Positions 58,866-64,000 of a stretch of 64,000 nucleotides of DNA are shown in pieces (the stretch's first letter is position 1; each line of letters opens with the position of its first letter). Position numbers and translations under genes: made by a program. This DNA comes from an uncultured Bacillota bacterium (lineage in GTDB: Bacteria > Bacillota > Clostridia > Peptostreptococcales > Anaerovoracaceae). The DNA is taken from contig CASFAX010000003.1 of the NCBI GenBank assembly GCA_949292945.1, positions 37,554-101,553 of the forward strand, read 5' to 3'. The notes under the pieces were generated by a model. The model was given only the letters and a program-made list of their open reading frames with translations, did no database searches and was not told the origin of the DNA.

Positions 58866-59055
58866 TATATTTTTGGAGTTCGACTTTTTTGCGGTATACA
58901 CGTGGTCAGGTCGAACGGTTCTTCGACAAAATCTGCGGTATCTGATGCTTAGGTCGAACTTTTCGGTCAGTATCCTGATGAAAACGACAGATATGTTCGA
59001 CCTCAGAGACCTTTTGGGGATAAGACATCGAAAAATCGTTCGATGTAAGGTCACT
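58866..59055 (-). repeat. TCGA-core multi-hairpin non-coding element, copy B (inverted relative to copy A)
   Basis: 7 TCGA tetramers in about 165 nt. The reverse complement shares two conserved blocks with copy A at an identical 121-nt spacing. Confidence 0.6.
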
Positions 59056-59135
59056 ATTTGTTGAAAAAGTAGAACCATATAGGCTGACGACATTAAAATC
59101 AACCGGCTTTATGTAGGTATGGAAGGTATGGACGT

Positions 59136-60389
59136 ATGAAAAGCGATGAAACATCCTTATTCAGAAACAGGAACTACATACTTCTGATTTTGTCTAACGT
59201 ATTTAACAGGTTTGGCGATTCCATAGACTCCATAGTGTTCACATGGCTTGCGTATTCTATTACGGGAAGCGCCTCGTACAGCGCCATAGTTTTTGCGGCA
59301 AACCGTATTCCTACGGTTCTCTTTCAGCCTGTAACCGGAGTGATAATTGAAAGGCGCAGAAAAAAGTATATAATGGCGGTTTCAGATGTTATTAGAGCCA
59401 TGCTTGCAGGATACATTCTGATTAGACTTGTTACGGGTCTGCCGACGCCGCCGGAGATGGTAATTGTAACTTTTTTGATTTCTACGGTAGAAGCTTTCAG
59501 GCAGCCTGCCGGAAGCAGTATCATTCCTGAAGTTGTCGACGAACCGATGTATACCCAGGCTGTTTCATATCAGTCTGGATTTTCCAGCGGAGCTGAGCTT
59601 GCAGGCCTGGGCGCTGCCGGTGTACTTATCGGATTTATTGGAAATGCAGGTGCAGTTTTAGTCGATGCTGCTATGTTCTTGCTGTCGGCATTTTTTCTGT
59701 TTGCAATGAGAATCGGGAGAACAGGCGGGGGAGGTAAAGATGATATTCACCTGCGAAAAATTTTCTCCGGCCTTGCGGAGGGTGCCCGTGTGGTGAGGGC
59801 AAGCGATATTATAATGTTTCTGATTACCTTTGCCGTGCTTCTAAACGCCATGCTGACGCCGTATAACTGCCTTCCGTCGCCTATGGTAAAGGAGATACTT
59901 AAAAGCGATGAAAGAATGCTGTCTGTAATCGGCGTAGCGCTGAGCCTGGGTATGATAGCGGGTTCGTCTTTATATCCGAAGCTGAGCGCACGGTTTAAGT
60001 GCAGGCCGCTGCTTATGACAGCAGGGATTTTTACGGGCCTTATGTATATCGGAACGGTGATTCTGGGAGAATTTTCAATATCATCATATGCGCTTTACGC
60101 ATTTCAGGGGACGATAATGTTTTTTTCAGGAACCGGCATTTCGATACTGAATACATTTGCAATGGTAAATATTCTCAGAAAGTGTAATCCCGATTATCTT
60201 TCAAGGGTCAGCGGAATCGTAGCCAGCGCATGTTCTGCTGCTGTTCCGGTTGTTTCTTTCATCGTTTCCGCTGTTGCAGGTTTTGTCTCTACTGCATGTA
60301 TTTTCACAGTAATGGGGGTACTGACGCTGGCAACGTGTTTTGTCGTATTCAGCAGAAAGGTGATGCCGAAGGAGCTCCTTGAAAACTGA
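59136..60389 (+). CDS. MFS transporter
   Basis: 417 aa, 12 predicted TM helices, typical MFS N-terminus (RNRNYILLILSNVFNRFGDS). Confidence 0.8.
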   Translation: MKSDETSLFRNRNYILLILSNVFNRFGDSIDSIVFTWLAYSITGSASYSAIVFAANRIPTVLFQPVTGVIIERRRKKYIMAVSDVIRAMLAGYILIRLVTGLPTPPEMVIVTFLISTVEAFRQPAGSSIIPEVVDEPMYTQAVSYQSGFSSGAELAGLGAAGVLIGFIGNAGAVLVDAAMFLLSAFFLFAMRIGRTGGGGKDDIHLRKIFSGLAEGARVVRASDIIMFLITFAVLLNAMLTPYNCLPSPMVKEILKSDERMLSVIGVALSLGMIAGSSLYPKLSARFKCRPLLMTAGIFTGLMYIGTVILGEFSISSYALYAFQGTIMFFSGTGISILNTFAMVNILRKCNPDYLSRVSGIVASACSAAVPVVSFIVSAVAGFVSTACIFTVMGVLTLATCFVVFSRKVMPKELLEN

Positions 60390-60434
60390 CCGTAACTTTT
60401 TTCCGTGCGCGGCCATAAACTGCGTATCCACGTC

Positions 60435-60464
60435 TTGACTGACGGAGCTTTTTTGTGCTAAAAT
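60435..60464 (+). promoter_or_regulatory. sigma-A promoter for tRNA-Leu(CAA)
   Basis: TTGACT, an 18-nt spacer, and an extended -10 TGcTAAAAT, about 15 nt upstream of the tRNA 5' end. Confidence 0.6.
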
Positions 60465-60478
60465 GTTCATTGCTATTT

Positions 60479-60565
60479 GCCGGCGTGATGGAATTGGCAG
60501 ACGTGCGGGATTCAAAATCCCGTGGTGGCGACACCGTATGGGTTCGACCCCCATCGCCGGCACCA
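60479..60565 (+). tRNA. tRNA-Leu (anticodon CAA)
   Basis: Hand-folded. Acceptor GCCGGCG/CGCCGGC, anticodon stem CGGGA/TCCCG with loop TTCAAAA, long variable arm, T arm TGGGTTCGACCCCCA, encoded CCA. Confidence 0.9.
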
Positions 60566-60626
60566 TTTACGCGAAAAACGGACTTTGTTTAATCGCTTAA
60601 GCTGAAATTTTTAGGAGGAATCAATT

Positions 60627-61118
60627 ATGCAAGGATTAGGCGTTCAGGTTTTCATTTTAGTTCTGTTCATCCTTATCATGTACTTCCTGCTCATCAGACC
60701 GCAGAAGAAGAAGGAAAAAGAAATCAACAACATGAGAAATAGCATTCAGGTAGGAGATGAAATAGTCACTATCGGAGGAATCTGCGGAAAGGTTGTAAAG
60801 ACTAAAGAGGACACTATCGTCATCCAGGTAGGAGCCGACAAGGTAAAGTTTGAAATGAAGCGCTGGTCTGTATCTTCCGTAGAGAAGAAGAGCAGCTCTA
60901 GAGTTGAGAAAGAGGAGAAGGAAGAGGTTAAGAAGCCTTCCCCTAAGAGACTGAAAAAAGCCGAGAAGAAAGCCGAAGAACCTGCTGAGGAAAAGGCAGA
61001 GGAGAAGAAGGAAGCTGCTGCTGAGGAGATTAAAGAGGATGCTCCTAACGTAGTCGAAGTACCGGCAGATGCAGCTGAAACAGGCGATACTGAAGACGGC
61101 AATGCCGAGGAAAAGTAG
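60627..61118 (+). CDS. yajC: preprotein translocase subunit YajC with a K/E/A-rich C-terminal extension
   Basis: A single TM helix, then IRPQKKKEKE..LQVGDEIVTIGGICGKV typical of YajC. A low-complexity tail of about 75 aa follows. Confidence 0.85.
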   Translation: MQGLGVQVFILVLFILIMYFLLIRPQKKKEKEINNMRNSIQVGDEIVTIGGICGKVVKTKEDTIVIQVGADKVKFEMKRWSVSSVEKKSSSRVEKEEKEEVKKPSPKRLKKAEKKAEEPAEEKAEEKKEAAAEEIKEDAPNVVEVPADAAETGDTEDGNAEEK

Positions 61119-61138
61119 TCCGGTTATAGAAAATGCTG

Positions 61139-61170
61139 AAAAGCTCCCTGTTTAAGGGAGCTTTAATACT
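61139..61170 (+). terminator. possible terminator after yajC
   Basis: AAGCTCCCT-gttta-AGGGAGCTT stem. The downstream T-tract is weak. Confidence 0.5.
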
Positions 61171-61268
61171 TTCCGGTTGATGAAAGACGGAAAAAGTAGT
61201 ACAATTAAATTTATTATAAAATGCCGTTATTTCGGGCAAAAATCAACTTGCAAAGGTGGACATCTGTA

Positions 61269-63491
61269 ATGAACATGAATTTGAGAAGAATTTTATCAGG
61301 TCTTGTGGTAATTGCCGTGCTGTTTGGATGGTACATCACGGTTTTTGGCATTGGACCTGTTGGAAATATCAAGGATGAGATGAAGTTCGGCCTTGATATT
61401 AACGGAGGAGTTTACGTGGTAATGGAGGCCGATACGGACGCCGACGGCAGCGAATTAAACGACCTTATGGAACAGACGAGAGCCGTTTTAAACAACCGTG
61501 TAAACGCTATGGGTATTTCGGAAGCTACCGTTTCCAGAGAAGGGGATAAGAGACTGAGAGTAGAGCTTCCGGGAGTGGACGATCCCGACGAGGCCATAGA
61601 GCAGATAGGAAGAACTGCAAAGCTCAGATTCCTCCTGGCTGACGGAACCGAAGTTTTGAGCGGAACCGACATAAAGAAGGCGGGAATAGATACCGACCCT
61701 ACTCACGGGGGATATCTGGTAACTCTTGAATTTACGTCGGAAGGTACTGAAAAGTTCACCGAGGCTACGACAAAAGCTTCAAGCGGCCAGGTGACTTCAG
61801 CAATAGACGGAGTTGCAAACAACGCCATAGTGATAATGCTGGATGATGAAATAGTGACTGCTCCGTCATGTGAGTCTCCTATATATCAGTCCACGTGCAC
61901 TATCACAAATCCTAACGGCGGATATGCACAGGAAGATGCATCGAATACTGCGGCGCTGATAAACGGAGGAGCACTGCCTCTGGATCTTCACGAGGTGGAG
62001 TCATCTGTTCAGACTGCGACCATAGGAACGGATGCCCTGGATAAGAGCATAATCGCAGGTCTCATCGGACTTGCCATCATATTCGTTCTTATGCTCATCA
62101 TGTACAATATCCTCGGCCTGATGGCAGATATCGCCCTTCTGCTTTACGTAATCATCGTACTCTGGATTATGGCAGGACTGGGAAGCGTCCTGACTCTGCC
62201 GGGCATTGCGGGTATAATCCTGTCCATAGGTATGGCCGTTGACGCCAACGTAATCATATTTGCGAGAATAAGAGAGGAAATCGCCGCAGGCAAGACCATA
62301 AGAGTGGCGGTGGCTCAGGGATTCAAGAGAGCCCTTGTTACGGTTCTTGACGCTCAGATAACGACCCTTATCGCATCGGTGGTTCTCTATGAGATAGGAT
62401 CCACATCGGTAAAAGGCTTTGCCCTCACGCTTATGATAGGTATTATCGTAAGCATATTCACCGCAGTAGTAATAACCCAGATACTCATGGGTCTTGTGGC
62501 AAACAGCAAAACCTTTGCCAAGAACAAGTTCTTCGGCATAAACGAGGACGGAACCCAGAAGGTATTCGTAAAGAAGCAGTTCGGCTTCATGAACATGAGA
62601 AAGTTCACCTACTGCCTCAGCGCCGGAGTTCTCATTCTCGGAGTGATATTTGCAGCTGTAAGGGGCTTTAACTACGGAATAGACTTTACCGGAGGAACCA
62701 TGCTCCAGATAGACATGGGAGAGAAGGTTTCCACGAAAGAGGTAGCAGACGCCATAAGCGATTTTGATCTGGATCCTTCCATAGTCCTGGCCGGTGAAAA
62801 CGAGGAACAGGTAATAATAAAGACCATAGAGGCTCTCGATACCGAGGAGCGTGCGGAAGTGGTAAGCACTCTCGGAGACAAATTCGGAATTACCGATGAA
62901 GACGTCCTCGCGTCCGAACAGTTCGGACCTTCGGTGGGAGATGAGCTTAAGATGAACGCCATCAAGGCCGTTCTCGTTGCCGCAGCCGGCATGCTCATAT
63001 ACGTGGGAATCAGGTTTAAATCGTGGAAATACGGCGTTACGTCCATTCTCGGCGTAGTTCACGACGCTCTGGCGGTTCTCGCCTTCTACGCAATATTCGG
63101 CGTAACCATAAACAATCCGTTTATAGCAGGTATCCTTACGGTAGTAGGATATTCCATAAACGATACCATAGTAATATTCGACAGAATTAGAGAGAACAGG
63201 CAGCTCTATAAGAAGATGCCGCTGAAGGAAACCATGGATCTCAGCATAAACCAGACCCTGAACAGATCCATAATGACATCCCTTACGACTCTCATCGTAA
63301 TGGTGCCGATGATGATAATGGTGTCCACGTCCATAAGAGAGTTTGTAATTCCTCTCATGGTGGGAGTACTTGTAGGAACGTATTCTTCCATATTCCTTTG
63401 CAGCCCGCTTCTCTATGAGATAAGCAAGAACGAGGGTGTGTCAAAGTACGTGGCATCCAACAGAAAGAACAGTAAAAAGAAGGAAAAGTAA
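61269..63491 (+). CDS. secDF: fused protein-export membrane protein SecDF
   Basis: SecD half (GLDINGGV, large periplasmic loop, GIAGIILSIGMAVDANVIIFERI-like segment) followed by a SecF half (NYGIDFTGGT, GYSINDTIVIFDRIREN). ATG 61269 was preferred. The track ORF starts at 61221. Confidence 0.9.
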   Translation: MNMNLRRILSGLVVIAVLFGWYITVFGIGPVGNIKDEMKFGLDINGGVYVVMEADTDADGSELNDLMEQTRAVLNNRVNAMGISEATVSREGDKRLRVELPGVDDPDEAIEQIGRTAKLRFLLADGTEVLSGTDIKKAGIDTDPTHGGYLVTLEFTSEGTEKFTEATTKASSGQVTSAIDGVANNAIVIMLDDEIVTAPSCESPIYQSTCTITNPNGGYAQEDASNTAALINGGALPLDLHEVESSVQTATIGTDALDKSIIAGLIGLAIIFVLMLIMYNILGLMADIALLLYVIIVLWIMAGLGSVLTLPGIAGIILSIGMAVDANVIIFARIREEIAAGKTIRVAVAQGFKRALVTVLDAQITTLIASVVLYEIGSTSVKGFALTLMIGIIVSIFTAVVITQILMGLVANSKTFAKNKFFGINEDGTQKVFVKKQFGFMNMRKFTYCLSAGVLILGVIFAAVRGFNYGIDFTGGTMLQIDMGEKVSTKEVADAISDFDLDPSIVLAGENEEQVIIKTIEALDTEERAEVVSTLGDKFGITDEDVLASEQFGPSVGDELKMNAIKAVLVAAAGMLIYVGIRFKSWKYGVTSILGVVHDALAVLAFYAIFGVTINNPFIAGILTVVGYSINDTIVIFDRIRENRQLYKKMPLKETMDLSINQTLNRSIMTSLTTLIVMVPMMIMVSTSIREFVIPLMVGVLVGTYSSIFLCSPLLYEISKNEGVSKYVASNRKNSKKKEK

Positions 63492-63494
63492 CCG

Positions 63495-64000
63495 ATGTTG
63501 ACCAAAGAGCAGTTTTTAGAAGAACTTCTGAAATACAATCCGGGCTATGATACCGAGTTAATCGGAAAGGCCTACGACAAGGCGAAGATGCTTCACGAGG
63601 GGCAGTTCAGAAAGAGCGGGGAACCGTACTTCATTCACCCCATCGCTGTAGCCATAATTCTCGCCGGCCTCGGCATGGACGAGGAGACCATAGTCGGAGG
63701 TCTGCTTCACGATGTAGTGGAGGATACCGAATACACCAGGCAGATGCTCGTTGAAGATTTTGGCGAAGAAGTTGCTCTTCTGGTCGACGGAGTAACCAAG
63801 CTGGGCGCCATAAAGTTTGACACTAAGGAAGAAGCTCAGGCGGAAAGCCTCAGGAAGATGTTCCTGGCTATGTCAAAGGACATCAGGGTTCTCATCATAA
63901 AGCTGGCCGACAGGCTTCACAACATGCGCACGGCTCAGTACTGGCCGCCTCATAAGCAAATAGAAAAATCACAGGAAACCCTGGATATATACGCTCCCCT
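63495..64000 (+). CDS. relA: RelA/SpoT-family (p)ppGpp synthetase/hydrolase, 3' end cut by window edge
   Basis: ATG 63495. My own translation reads MLTKEQFLEE..HEGQFRKSGEPYFIHPIAVA..LLHDVVEDT (HD hydrolase domain). The frame stays open to nt 64000. Confidence 0.88.
   Translation, partial: MLTKEQFLEELLKYNPGYDTELIGKAYDKAKMLHEGQFRKSGEPYFIHPIAVAIILAGLGMDEETIVGGLLHDVVEDTEYTRQMLVEDFGEEVALLVDGVTKLGAIKFDTKEEAQAESLRKMFLAMSKDIRVLIIKLADRLHNMRTAQYWPPHKQIEKSQETLDIYAP

Noticed and set aside
58839-59154. Three short ORFs (58839-59102 minus, 58873-59064 plus, 58906-59154 minus) between tRNA-Leu and the MFS gene.
   Set aside because: They overlap one another across TCGA element copy B, lack an RBS and have no motifs.
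58710-60565. MFS gene flanked by two tRNA-Leu genes as a tRNA-targeted genomic island.
   Set aside because: There is no integrase or recombinase, I could find no direct repeat of a tRNA 3' end, and the two tRNAs are different isoacceptors with their own promoter and terminator.

Overview
64-kb chromosomal window that looks like a Clostridia-class Firmicute. This is inferred from der-plsY-gpsA synteny, sigma-54, a membrane pyrophosphatase, a sortase-type sorting signal, the anaerobic cbi pathway, and almost all genes lying on the + strand. No database search was possible, so product calls rest on motifs read from the supplied translations. Gene order: der, plsY, gpsA, miaB; a tight cobO / ATP-grasp / murT-like / gatD-like unit; M50 protease, trmL, rpoN, gap-pgk-tpiA, secG, hppA, ybaK; a two-component pair; crt and thiN on the minus strand. 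A roughly 21-kb cobalamin block follows. Riboswitch 1 drives an exported CbiK-like lipoprotein and a small lipoprotein. Riboswitch 2 drives two surface-anchored proteins, btuFCD, cbiD-L-F-G-H-J-ET-A-B, cobD, cobQ, cbiC and a DUF975-like protein. After that come an EamA transporter, CIRCE-clpB, a GntR regulator, nth, yedF, GNAT, Zn-ADH, a PNPOx-like protein, asd, ftsK, rimO, polA (interrupted), coaE, tRNA-Leu(GAG), an MFS transporter, tRNA-Leu(CAA), yajC, secDF and the start of relA. No transposases, integrases, CRISPR arrays or recognisable defence genes were seen. Main findings: (1) an uncharacterised secreted domain of about 100-120 aa occurs four times on lipoprotein, sortase-anchored and TM-anchored carriers, behind B12 riboswitches and directly upstream of btuFCD. 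It is a candidate Gram-positive corrinoid-capture relay. (2) A CbiK-fold protein carries a lipoprotein signal peptide under its own B12 riboswitch. (3) Two diverged, inverted copies of a TCGA-core multi-hairpin non-coding element share identical internal spacing and compensatory stem changes. (4) A GatD-like subunit lacks the Cys nucleophile. (5) polA is frameshifted and shortened in the 5'-nuclease domain, next to a rimO with a shortened TRAM domain.
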